Source: Tubiluchus corallicola
Lineage: Eukaryota > Animalia > Priapulida
NCBI GenBank assembly: GCA_030141605.1
Contig: JAQGDQ010001047.1
Coordinates: forward strand, 3,801 to 67,800
Length of the DNA: 64,000 nt
Reading direction: 5' to 3'
Part shown: one piece after another, positions 13,835-49,339 of the stretch
Position numbering within the stretch: the stretch's first letter is position 1
Layout: every line of letters starts with the position of its first letter
Program-made: the position numbers and the translations under genes
The notes under the pieces: model-generated
What the model was told of the DNA's origin: nothing
What the model saw: only the letters and a program-made list of their open reading frames with translations
The model's database searches: none

Positions 13835-14071
13835 TTTTGATGTGACTGAGATGTAGAATTTAGTAATATTGCTATCCGAAACGATAACCTGTCCACCATT
13901 ACAAGAAAAAATTGGCAGGTGGCAGCACTTGAGCGCGTACAGTATTTAACTAGAAAGAAAATCACGTGTCACTCTTTCTCAGGAAAAGTACAGCGTGAGC
14001 AGTTGTTGGAGGTTTCAGCGTGCTAGTTCAAATCTTTGGTTTGTTTGTTGGACGGAAAGAAATAATTGAAA
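13835..14071. promoter_or_regulatory. Bidirectional promoter and 5' UTRs shared by ATP6V0D and AHCY
   Basis: Only 237 bp between divergent start codons; central E-box ATCACGTGTC at 13961-13970. Confidence 0.8.
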
Positions 14072-26754
<12,683 letters not shown>

Positions 26755-27225
26755 TGAGCCGATTTCCATATGCAATCATGGTTAAAGTAACGTTGCCATG
26801 TGACGTGTTAAAATTAACGTTCCGGCATCTGGTACCAGTTAAAAATGTCCTTTGAAACTAGTTGCACGCGGATGTAGTGTTTTATTGAAAAATGGCGGAT
26901 ATTCATTTTTGCTTAGCTGAAATTTATTATTTTATTAACTGTGATATGTATTTGTAAACAAAGTTCACTTATTTTGCACTGTAGAGAGTTTCTGCTACAA
27001 TCGCAGAACGCTGTTGGAGCGGAACTGATGTCATGTCATGTGATTTTACAGTTGCAATGACCGTAGTAGACCAGAATTTGCATAGTAGAGGACGTCTTAC
27101 ATCATAAGTTGACCAAGCTGGTAGCATCAATATGTGTACTTTAGTCCGTAACTGGGGTTTTGTCTCGTTTTATGCTACCTAAAGTATTTAAATGGAGTCT
27201 CAGACTGTAGTGAAATGCACTTTAA

Positions 27226-27779
27226 CCCTTTCACTACGGAAGGTAGCACGCTGCTGCCTATGTTTTTCATGCAAGGGACGGAAGGCAGTAGACTGCCGCC
27301 TAAGCTCAGACACCCAGGTCGGTTTATTTCACTGCTACGGCCACGCAAAACATTGTAGAGACGTTTAACAGCCGTGGGATTGGGGTTGCTTTGCAACAAG
27401 TAACACTAACCAACCAATCAACGTCCACAATACTGTACTGTATGGTATTTTCCCATGCAAAATCACTTGTAGATCGTTGATGAAACATGTTCGGTTAACT
27501 GTTCTGCATTCTTATAACATTATTGCATATTATGGATTAGTATTGTCTTTTGTGAAAACTGGTTTCTAAATGTAAGTACGTGCTTATTTTTGAACGTGTG
27601 CACGTGTGTGTGTGCATGTATGTGCAGAAATAAAACTAATATTTAATATTAGTACTCAATAACGAACAACTGTTTGTTTACTTACAAGATTCTGTTTCAG
27701 TAACACACCACAAGAAGTCATTGTCCAATGTGCAAAAGTCAATGTGGCCCAGTTGAAAAGCAACTACGTAATGAAAGGG
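27226..27779. mobile_element. piggyBac-like MITE downstream of the AHCY stop codon
   Basis: TTAA|CCCTTTCACTACG...CGTAATGAAAGGG|TTAA. Confidence 0.75.
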
Positions 27780-28336
27780 TTAACGTTATACGCACGATTC
27801 TAACTGTTACTGTAAGTGACATCATTTCAGAACCAGAATTCCTCACAGTTTGCCCGTAGCTGAAACTCTCTATTAGCTATTTGCAGTGATATTACCAGCC
27901 CAGCCGACAAACCTGGGTAATGGCTTTAGTTGTTTAGTCTGTTTATACCTATAGCACTGTTCAAATGCTATTGAATGAAAATAGCTTACTCTGCTTCAGC
28001 AGCATAAGAAATAGTCGAACGAGTTAAGCATCACAGTCAGCGTGCCTAAACTAGAAGAATCTATTGCCCAAAAATTGTAATATTTTTGTTTCATTTTTTA
28101 AATTACATATGCCGTCCGTTAAGCACCCGTATTTTCAAGTTTTGCCATATTGTTATGAGTGCAGTGAGTTTCACAGTAGGAATTCTTTTAAACTTGTATG
28201 AGCGGTGTTCTTTTATGGCTATTTATTTGCACAAATTGAAAAAAGTACATTTGTAGAATACCCTCCACCATTACTGTTCACTATCGTGTTTTAATCACCA
28301 GGTGAAACCACTGCACTTGTATTGTCATGATTAGTA

Positions 28337-28611
28337 CAGGGATGAGAATGACAAATTGCAAAAAACTATGAAACAGGCCAGGGGTTTTGGGACTGCCTAG
28401 GCCCCCAATGGGGTTGAGGGGCAAAGCCCACATGGGGGTTCAAGGGGCCTGGGAGCCAGCAACAAATTGCAATTTTGTGACCATAGAGAACCTCTAAGTG
28501 GACTTAAAATATCAATTACCTTGTTTCATGCATAATTTAAAATACCCAACTATCAATGATACATATGCCTAAGTACTGGCCGCTCCTACGCAAAAGTATA
28601 TAAAAACTGTC
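28337..28611. mobile_element. hAT-like MITE family A, truncated copy
   Basis: Left TIR CAGGGATGAGAAT and body, ends abruptly. Confidence 0.8.
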
Positions 28612-30881
28612 TCGCCAAAATTTGGTCACTGGCCACCATTTAGGCAGCAAATTCTAATGCGTTTTGAAAGGGGTAATGTCTCAGGGTGTCAGAAATGCCT
28701 TTTGGACTTCCTATGCTACAGCTTTCTGGGTAGAGTTGGTCCATTTTTGGGAATGCTGTCAAAAATCTATGTTTATGCAAATTTGTGAATGACAAGGATA
28801 AGGTTACATGCTTCACCCGTGTAAATTTTAACAGCTTTTTTTGTCTTGTGTTATACTGTTCACCATTGTAATAGTCTCTGAATAATAGTAGAGAAATTTG
28901 AATGGCCCATTTGGGCGCACTACCCTAAACACTGTCGCATCTCAGCATAGCCCCAGAACGTTTTCATTTTTACCAAGCTATGTTTTATCCCTGCTGTAAA
29001 TTTTTACCTACACTGTGTTTGAGAGTGGTCCCACAGATGGGCCAGTACTCCCCAGAAACCTGTAGGAAAGTCCAGCAAACAGTTTTCTAACATACAGGCA
29101 TAGATCTTCAAGAAAATTAGAGAAGTAATTTGCCCCCCTGAAATGTTGTTTAGTTCATGGACTGTGGGGGGGGGCTTATCTCTCTAACGCGACATTTGTA
29201 GACAACTTGCGATCTCAAAAAGTTGAGATGTCCCTGACTGATTTAGCTTATAAACGGGCCTGTTGGTCCAAAGTTCTTTATCTCACAAGTGTTCCTGGAG
29301 TTACGTGAAAGTGTGCCAAGCCGTTTGCTGTAATATTTACTGTTGAAACAGAAACTATTCATCTTAATAAGCAAAGTAAATTGCATTCCATATTTTGATC
29401 AAGACTTTTGTATGTCGACAATAATGTACACAAGAGAAATAATCTTGAGAAAAATACTTGACTTTGTGTTATTGTTTTTAGTTTCTTTTTTATACGGTTT
29501 AACGTTCTACAGACTGGGATCTAGCAGCCATCTTGATAGTTGGAGCTGGACAACCGGAAACCAGACCGTTGCCGTTGGCAATGAAAAAGGTGTTTTATGC
29601 TGGTTTTACACTAACCTACCAGTAGACTAAATTTGCTTGCTGATGCTTAGTACTAGGAAAACAGAAGTAACATTTGTCCACCGCTAATCCATGTTTATGA
29701 TTGTTGAGGTGTTGAATTATCGAAGTGGATGATCATATGTACTGTAGATGACAAATCAGAACGACTTTACACTTTCTTTGTGAAGAAAGTTTGCGAGAAC
29801 AACTGCCGTAGAGAAATGATAAACACCGTAAAACTTGCAATCATTCCAGCAAACGCTTTTTTCTGAGCTGTTTGGCTATCTGGAATATTCATCGCATCTA
29901 AAGTTTTTACTTGTTGCATTCTCCCACTTGTTCCCATGAACTTATCCTCAAGATTGTTGCAGTTAAAATCACGTAGGCAAATCCGCCTACAAATGGGCAA
30001 AATTGAATTCGCTGTGGAAAATGTCAATTTTGGTGTTACATCTTTCCGCACGACAGACTCGTACGAATCAGTCGTTCGGCAGATTAGTATAAAACCTGAT
30101 GATAGTAGGTGACTGCATGTCATCTTGACAGGGCTTAAGGGTAGTTCACAAGGATATAAACCATGAAGCAACCATGCAGTCAAGCGCACAGCAAGTAATC
30201 GTTCAACTACGCTTCATCTCCAAAATCTGTTACCTAAATACAGTGGGTTTTTAACTTGTTAACTTCATACAATCTTATAGAAAATAACTGACAAATTTAC
30301 TGCAAGTTAAGCTTTATTACATATACAGTACTGCAAGCAAATTGTCACAATATTCTTACAAAACAATACTGAAACACCCCACTCTATAAAAAATTCTGAA
30401 GACTAAAAATTTACGAATAAATCCTAATCAAATTATACTTCTAAATACAAATTCATGATTAGACAGCAAATTAGGAAGGAAACATTCTTTTCAGGAAAAT
30501 TTAATTTTGCTAAAAACGCAAATCAAACGAGAAATAAAATTAATTTTCTTCACTTCGACACTGCTTAACGTTTTCGTACCTAGTGTGCGAAACCTTGGAA
30601 AAGCAGGAATTAAATAGCAAATTGAACTTTTTATAAAATAACACAAATATATTATTGCATGTATCACTAAATGTTCATAGCTAAAACACTGATGATAGAC
30701 ATGTACAAAATATGCAACTGTATAATTTCTTCTAGTGTGAAAGACTGTATTTCTCCAGTTTTTCCTTTTATATTGTAGACGACTATAGAACGGCGTGTTC
30801 TCCAGTTGATAGTACTCATCTCGTTTTTATCAGAATTACGACAAGCATCATTTCATACACAATTTTCTAATGAAGACACGG

Positions 30882-30997
30882 TTAACATTTTGTTTTTGCG
30901 TGTTTATCGTATCTTTGTAATAACACTGCCTTGAAGTTGGCTTGGTTTGACCATAACTCAGCTGCATACACGTTTAGAGGACTCTCATTGTTTGGCT
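30882..30997 (-). CDS. UBE2C: UBE2C exon 5 (last coding)
   Basis: [38 protein letters not shown]; acceptor TTTTACAG. Confidence 0.93.
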
Positions 30998-33900
30998 CTG
31001 TAAAAAGTACGAAAACATTCTTAGCTATAAAGAAAGTCAAATAAAACAAACTGGTAGGAACTGAGAAGTCAGTTATTAAATCTGAAATTATTAAATTTGA
31101 ATCGAAACCGAATCGCATTTTATAATAATTTTTGAATACGAATGTAAACCGAGTCGCATTTTAGAATAATTTTTGAATCCGAATCTCGGTTTAAAATAAT
31201 TTTTAAATCCAAATCTCAATTTAAAATAGTTTTTGAAACAGAACCGAATTTGAATCGCGTTCTGCTGAAGTAATACAAGAAACATTAACATGTTTGTTGA
31301 AACTAGCAGTAAAAATCTGATACTATGCATAATGTGAGAGGTCCCAGGGATTTCTTGAGTTGGACACGCTAAAACTGCATATGGCAACACTTCCAGTAGG
31401 ACAAAATAAAATATGCAGTGTCGAACTGCCTCTACACCGATGCTAAGCTTTTAATAAAAAACTCCGCTGGATCCGATCTTAAGCAACATTCAGTGAATCG
31501 AATAGAAACAAAACTCCGATTCTAGCAGAGATTCGTGAAATCCCTAGATACAGCATGTTGGTAAAACATTTAATTCTTCAGATTGTGAACATAAAATAGT
31601 TCTGATTTGGCTCCTGAATGCAGTTCATCACTCTGAAGTTTTTGAACCCCGCATACAACTAAACAGTCTAGATATAATGAAGACCCGAATCTTGCTGATT
31701 ATCAAGGTTAGCTTTGTAAGACGAGAAGTCAAACTGAAAGATCTAGCTTAGCTGCGTTCTGATGCATATAAAGCCTCTGTCAACCGTGTAAAACCGACCG
31801 TAGAATTCCACATTATACAATATTTGAGCAAAGATGTGCATGTTTTAGAAAAACAGAGGAGATTCTTGAATAACTTTTCTTTTCTAGTGTTGGAAATTTC
31901 ATTTTTATTCAGGACATGAATCGGAAAAATAATTTGGTCAGGGTTGTTTTAAAGCTTTGCCAATACTCAGTCACAATTGCTATAAAAATGTTCAACATTC
32001 AAGCTTTAAACTATTCTTTTTTGCAAACGATGCTAAACATTTGCAAACAAAGCTAAACAGTTGCAAACAATGCCAAACAGTTGCCAACAATGCTAAACAG
32101 TTGCAAACAATGCTAAGCAGTTGCAAACAATGCCAAACAGTCTCATTGTCAGAAATAAAAAAAATCAAGGAATTTTTTAAAGAAAGCAGTCATGACGTCA
32201 TTTCTATTGAGAAACCAACATGAATCCATCGTATCTTTGTCCATTTATCGTCCAGTTGCGAATAGCAGCAGTACTAGATATTAAGAAAAGCGTTTTTACT
32301 GAAATTTAAATGTTCTTTCTCCAGGTTTTTGCTAGTTTTTACCTACTATTTTTGGTTTCTTCTGTACGGTGGGAGGGGAGGGGAGGGGAGGAGGCAATCA
32401 TGTACTGACATCATTTATACGCATGCCATAAACCGTTAAAATACATAGAATGTGTTTGTGGCAAGCAACTACATTTCTCATTTGGCCGCGGGCCTACTGT
32501 CAACACTCGTGTATACCTCGACTGACTATACAGTCAAAAACTTACCACCGAGAAGGCTTTGCACAGATAGCAATATACTTCGAACATCGTATGAAGCAGA
32601 CCATTTTTCTTTTAAAATATCCAGACAAATGTTTCCAAAATCGTCTACGTTCGGATGAAAGCATGGGGTCTCAAATTTGACAACAGGAGCTTGGTATGGA
32701 TAACTGCTTGGGAACTTCAGTGATAACTTGTAAGTCAGTCCTTCGTAAACCTACAAGATCACAAAAATCTAAGGTACTCGTAGGCACTGTCATTATTAAA
32801 GTTTGCAGATTTGTTTATTAAACATTAGGCACTTCGTCTGCTTCAGTCTTAAGAACAAAGTGTAAAAAATGTGCACAAAACAATACCAGTGGGGCATCCT
32901 CAAGCCCTGTCCAGGGGCGTATCAAGACATTACGACCCTCTAGGCTGACAGTTCAGTCCCACCCATCTCTATTACGGGTTTATGGTTGTTTATATATCAA
33001 TATAAAATGTAATATATATATATATATATATATATATTACTTGTGATGTATTATTAAGTGCTATCACCTACATAGTTATTGTTAATTATGTATATTTGTA
33101 TAGCGCTTATACCTATGCAAGCAGTGTAACTGCTTTTGGTGTAGCACCTTTTGTACTTGTCTGTTATATTGTGCTTATATAAAAAGCTGAAACTGTTTGT
33201 GGTGTGTCATATAAACTATGCACTTCATATAAATATGAAAATGCATTTTCCGAGAACAATAAGAATTTTTCAGCACTGAGTCCCTAAAATCTAGTGTCCC
33301 TCAAAAGTTGGAGCTCTAGGCTACAGGTTAGTTGGAGCGTGATAGTAAATTATACACCCTGGTCCTATCAGATACAACAAATAGGATGAGGCAAGAGACC
33401 TACTGACATTCAAATACCTGTTCAGGAGGAATAGTAGCTCTAGCAAAGAATTTCTAGGGTGTTGCTAAGAGATTTGTATTCAGTTATTCAATCTGTACTA
33501 AGACGATGCATGCACAGATGCAGAAAGTTTGGCTGGCCATAACCAAAGCAAAAAATAATTGAAAAAGACTTCATATAGGAGCACACCACATTAAAACCCT
33601 TTTTAGTTCGTTGGGTGCTTGCGCAGTTGCTGTACATCAAAGGGTAAGTGTACCACTGCAATGTGTCTTAACTACAACTGTCTTGTGATGTCTAGGTAAG
33701 GCAAAATCCTCTGCTGCATCAGTTGCTTTATGTGGATTTTACTTAATTATGCCTTAGTCAGTGATTTACTTGTAGGATCTTGCATGGAAACAAAAAAATA
33801 ATGAACCAGGTAGGGTTCTAGCTAGCTGTTAAAACATGTTAAAATTGTACTGTTACAATAGCATGGGCTGTGAGGCATTGTTAACTGTACACAAATGCAT

Positions 33901-35237
33901 TGTCTGGTACACTTAACCTTTGACCTTGTCACAATCATCATCAATTGCTGGAACTGTGAAAGGGCTTATGAAATTTAGTTAGCCTTAAATATAACCACTG
34001 CTGACAAACAGTGTTTGATGTTTATCTGAGCTGGTGACTTGTTTCTGTAAGCTTGCAATATTCAAATGGGTTGTCTAGATAACTAGCATACTGTTAGTAC
34101 AACTCAAGGATACACTTACAGTTCCCACTGCGCCATGTATAGTTCCAATCCACTTGAACAAATTATCACCTTCTGGAAATGCTGATATAGTTTTGTTGTT
34201 TGACATCTGAAACCACACATACATGCAACAGTTTAATCGTTAGCAAAACTTCTGTTAACTAAAACATTAAAATAAATCACTTGTCATCCTCTATTTACTA
34301 ACTTTTTATCATACTGCTTGTTATTTATTATTTTTTATGATAATTCAGAAATTAGAAATTCCGTTCAATCCAATACTTCACAACTATTTTTGCTTTGGAA
34401 TGCAGTCTGTCTAACCAAACAAACAAAACTGACACTAAGTTCAATTTTTAATGTTACCAGTTACCATCTCCACTACTGAAAAAGCACTACCACTGATACC
34501 ACATGAGCAAACACTATGTTTATGATATAATTATCAAGTAAGCCTCTTTTCTGTTGCAAATTCCTTTTTGTAGAAACTTGGAAAGGGCATGTACATAATT
34601 ATATATACAATACCTTTAAAAAATTAATGCAATTTAGTAGCCTTACTTATCATGTAGTTAAACGTGTAATTATAGTAATTAATAACACTGCGTTTAACAA
34701 TTATAATTAAATTATGTGGAGTTGAAATTCATACAAACCATTAATGCCATGAGTTCTTGTTGTAACCTGAAAAATATAACCATAAGACATATTTTAATTT
34801 TAGTATAACTAATAGGCTTTTAACTAAAACTTTTACTTAACTGATATGAAAAAAATTATGTCTATAGCAGAGAGCATTGGCTTTCGAAACTCACAACCCA
34901 TTGCTGAGACACGTATGTACAGCTAGAATCTTTGAATCTCAGAACTTTCCTGGGCTTACACTATAAATAATTACTTCATAGATAATAATAATAATAATGA
35001 ATCATGGAGCCGTCACGCACTCAGTTATAGCCTAATTAATTATTTAAAATTTTAAACCCATCATAGGTAAGTTTCACAACTCGAAACTTAAACTAAAATA
35101 ACTCCGTTCATTGACTTCAGTTCAGTCAGTTACCTTTTTGTCACAGAACGCCCTTTTTCTGCATTGCTTGACAACCCTTCCACACACGGTTTTGTCCTAG
35201 TACTTGCTAGTGATGGATCAAAATTTTGAGAAGCCAT
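30882..35237 (-). CDS. UBE2C: Ubiquitin-conjugating enzyme E2 C (gene span, 5 coding exons, 179 aa)
   Basis: Exons 35237-35134, 34766-34739, 34206-34120, 32750-32546, 30997-30882 join to 540 nt; UBE2C-type MASQN.DP N-terminal extension, [40 protein letters not shown] (catalytic Cys), EPNNESPLN. Confidence 0.95.
32021..32140. repeat. 20-bp tandem repeat, about 6 copies
   Basis: Unit AAACAGTTGCAAACAATGCY. Confidence 0.85.
32546..32750 (-). CDS. UBE2C: UBE2C exon 4
   Basis: [68 protein letters not shown]. Confidence 0.95.
32912..33361. mobile_element. hAT-like MITE, family B
   Basis: Starts CAGGGGCGTATCAAGAC, ends TACACCCTG; TSD GCCCTGTC/GTCCTATC; homologues at 45964-46386 and, inverted, about 170-400. 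Confidence 0.75.
34120..34206 (-). CDS. UBE2C: UBE2C exon 3
   Basis: [29 protein letters not shown]. Confidence 0.94.
34739..34766 (-). CDS. UBE2C: UBE2C exon 2
   Basis: 28 nt, (R)LQQELMALM; AG/GT bounded. Confidence 0.92.
35134..35237 (-). CDS. UBE2C: UBE2C exon 1
   Basis: [35 protein letters not shown]; donor AG|GTAACT. Confidence 0.92.
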
Positions 35238-35957
35238 AAGTAAAGAATAAATAAATGTTTTTCAGCGTTTTTCACAGCACAAAAATTTCTAAGACTTCTG
35301 CCTGCCAACAAAGGCATTTAAACTGGGTAGAAAAATTTGAACCAATCACAGATCTCGAAGCATAAACATATGCAAGCATGGCAACACTGAATGTAATGCA
35401 TTATGCATCAGCAACATTAGTGCACATTGAAATCTGCTATTAATCTGTCCCTGTCACTGTCAGCCTACAATACCAACGAATAGAGACATGAAAATAGAAA
35501 AAACAACATTGTACAGCTTAGACTATAATGTAATAGCATAATTTACAAAAGAAAACAAAAGGCAAAGCAAATTTTTATAGCGTTCTCACAACGCTTAAGA
35601 CCTCTGGCATTAAATAAACAAGAATGTAATTGTAACAATAATAATAAAATTGTTAATAATACTAATAATCAAGTTTGATTTATTACTGTATAATGTTTTT
35701 ACATTTAAATTCATTTTATTTATATAATTTATATTAAAGCAGACCGTAATAAATGGGAATTCACCTATTAAAAGACGATTAGTATAATATTAAAAAATGA
35801 ATTTAAATAATAAAATCATTATTAAAAAAATTGCGGCGACAGTACACCCCAGTTTGATTCGTTTTGGTAAGTTTCGCAATAACTGGCTGGCAACACTAAC
35901 AAGCATATGGCCAATTGGCCATGTGCACTTTTTGTGCAGTAGGGAACGTCAACAAAC
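35238..35957. promoter_or_regulatory. Divergent promoter region of UBE2C and NAPG
   Basis: 720 bp between divergent ATGs; AACCAATCAC (CCAAT 35342-35346), TTTGAA 35336-35341, TTTAAA 35317-35322 near UBE2C. Confidence 0.7.
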
Positions 35958-46730
<10,773 letters not shown>

Positions 46731-47156
46731 ATGTTGGACGTATATAATGAAGTGTATATATGGGTTTAAAAATAACATGCGTAAAACTCAAACGGAATCG
46801 CTGCCCGGTACGGAGCGTTCTGTAATCGTCATTCCGTAATTATATTCATGATAAACTTTAAAAATATTCTGGTTTTATTGATTTTTTTTATTATGTGTGG
46901 CAGCCAACGTGCAGTTGTAAATTTTTCTTTCAATTTTTGTCTAAATGAGTGAAATTTTCATCGGGTGTGCTGTGTTGTGTTACTGTAAATATGTAGTCAA
47001 TTTTCCATAATTTAACTTGAATGTAATGACCGTCATTTTTCCACAGTTTTTGCTATAATCCTTCCTAATACAGAGTTATGGTCCATTTCAGCTGTTATTA
47101 AATCAAAACCATTAGTAAAATTGCCATGTGGTCTATGTATTCATGCATCATGACTA

Positions 47157-47882
47157 GTGTCATTTCACCTCAAATCACCCAATATTTTTTCTGATAAACA
47201 CCATTACGTCACACATATTTGGTCATCCATATATCCAACATTTCGCTAAAATAAGTTCACAGATTACACAAAATAGATGCTAAAGCTTGTAAAATTTAAA
47301 GATGACTGACTCCTAAACACCAAATATTGAATGGATGCATATATGAAATATATGGTACACATACACACTTTATGAAATATACACGTCACCATGAATTAGG
47401 CTTGTACTGGTAAATTCAAATGCCTGTAGAGATTGTTCAAAGCAAAAAACACCTTAGCTTTCTACAGAGTACATGGTTCAGATACTAGGGAATTCAAAAA
47501 TGTCGAGCTCGGTTCAAGGTCATTTTCAAGGTCAAAGTAAAAGTCAAACGTTCTTGTAAATTCATACACCACCTATCTGAAGTTTTATTACAGATTCTGA
47601 AAGCTTATTGAATTCCCTTCAAAATGATACCACTCCGATCAAAATTGAATTTAAACTTTTTGAGTTATGATCGTTTAAAAATTGCAAGTCACGCCGATTT
47701 TGGCAATTTTTTAGCCCTTTTGGTCAATTTTAAAAGGCAGTAACTTTTGAGCCGTTGGCCCAATTTCGCTAAAAATTTGGATTTTTGCATTTCTCCATAA
47801 GACAAACCAGCGCACCAAATTGCATTAAAATCTGTGACATATAAGGGTGTTTTGCATTGGGTGATTTCACCTGGAATGAGCC
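47157..47882. mobile_element. TIR DNA element, unclassified
   Basis: Imperfect TIRs GTCATTTCACCTCAAATCACCCA / TGGGTGATTTCACCTGGAATGAG. Confidence 0.55.
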
Positions 47883-48662
47883 AATAGTTAATTCCTTGTT
47901 AGTTAGTTAGAAATGGATATATCAAAAACGTATTACTAATTTTAGAACATCGTTAACTTACTCATTGACCCTTATCGTTAATAGAGATTAATCGTTAAGT
48001 GTCCATGCCTTGCTGTATCACAATTTTTGATTGTGGAACAGCTGCTTCTTTACCTGTAAAAACTAGGGGTGACCATCGAACAATTCATTTGTATAGTATA
48101 GTAAAATGTATAGTATATTGTAAAAGTGTAGAATCAAATAATTCAGCACTTCAACTACAAAGGTTCTTTATCATTAAAAGTCACAATCAGTGCAGTTTAA
48201 CTGTGATTTCTGTGCTCAAGTTTGAAACAAATTATTGGTGTTTTTAGTGCAAAATGAAATCAAGAATTTTGTTGGTGTTTTTAGTGCAGAATAAGCGCAG
48301 AGCAATATGTACGAATTTCTATTTTTTTATTGATGATTCGAAAATTTGTTTGAAAATCTTCGAAATTAAATTCGATTCGGACTCGAAACCCCGAAATTCG
48401 GTTTGATTTGAATTCAAAAGTTACGCGCTCATCTCTAGTGAAGCTATTTCATGTGAAAGCACCTTATTGTGTATTTCATGTATTTGTAGTGAATGTCTGT
48501 CAGAGTGAAAATTAGTCAAAGTATAACTTCCTTCATTTATAACTATAGCAGGTTGGTGCCTTTGTATATACGATTTAAAATGTTCCCATGTTTAGACATA
48601 AATTATTGTTCTTAGTCTCAAGCAATAAATAGTTTATTGTAAAGTATATCTGCGGTTCTTTG

Positions 48663-49097
48663 TGTTGTGTTTTGTTTCTTTCGGAAGGCTCGTACAGAAA
48701 ACCAGAAAACAGTTCATCAAATTAAACTAGTTTATTAAGCGAGAATTCTACAACACAAAAGTATGAAGGAACACGAAATGATTACAGTAAACGTGAAAAT
48801 CTGGAAAACGCTTGAGTGTATCTGAAAATACAAGTATACAAGAGAATGTGTAATTGGCGTCCGTGTGAATCTGCGTGAGTCTCAGCGGCCTGCTTCGCCT
48901 TATATAGCGTCCCCGAGAAGCTTCTATAAGTTTTGTTCCAGAACATTCTACAAGGTAAGACGATTATTCTAACGGAACATTCTACAAAGTAACACGATTA
49001 TTCTAATGGAACATTCTACAAGGTAAGACGATTATTCTAACGGAACATTCTACAATGTTCTAATTAATTCTAATAGATGCCAGCGATCTCCACAACA
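48663..49097 (-). mobile_element. Solo LTR
   Basis: TGTTGTG...CACAACA termini, perfect 5-bp TSD CTTTG, TATA and AATAAA on the - strand, internal 34-bp tandem repeats (48941-49055). Confidence 0.8.
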
Positions 49098-49339
49098 CTT
49101 TGTCTTTAGAATTTTTTCGGAACTTCATTACAAAAACTACCTCTGACTAAGAAGATGGTAGAGGTTGTGAGCATAGGATATTAATACAAGTGCAAACACT
49201 ATATTATTAGTAAATTTAGTTTTTTGTTTTGATCTCGTACCTTCATCTGCCTTCCTGAATTTTGATTTACATGGAAAATAAAAACATAAATTGATGAGAC
49301 GTTCTGCTTAATCTCTACATTGCCGGGCCATAATTAACT

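Noticed and set aside
30190-30233. In-frame TGA upstream of the 140-codon ORF as possible selenocysteine
   Set aside because: No selenoprotein motif and no SECIS-like structure recognised
31400-31900. Possible decayed hAT transposase in UBE2C intron 4 ([11 protein letters not shown] on the - strand)
   Set aside because: Single short motif with stops nearby; insufficient evidence
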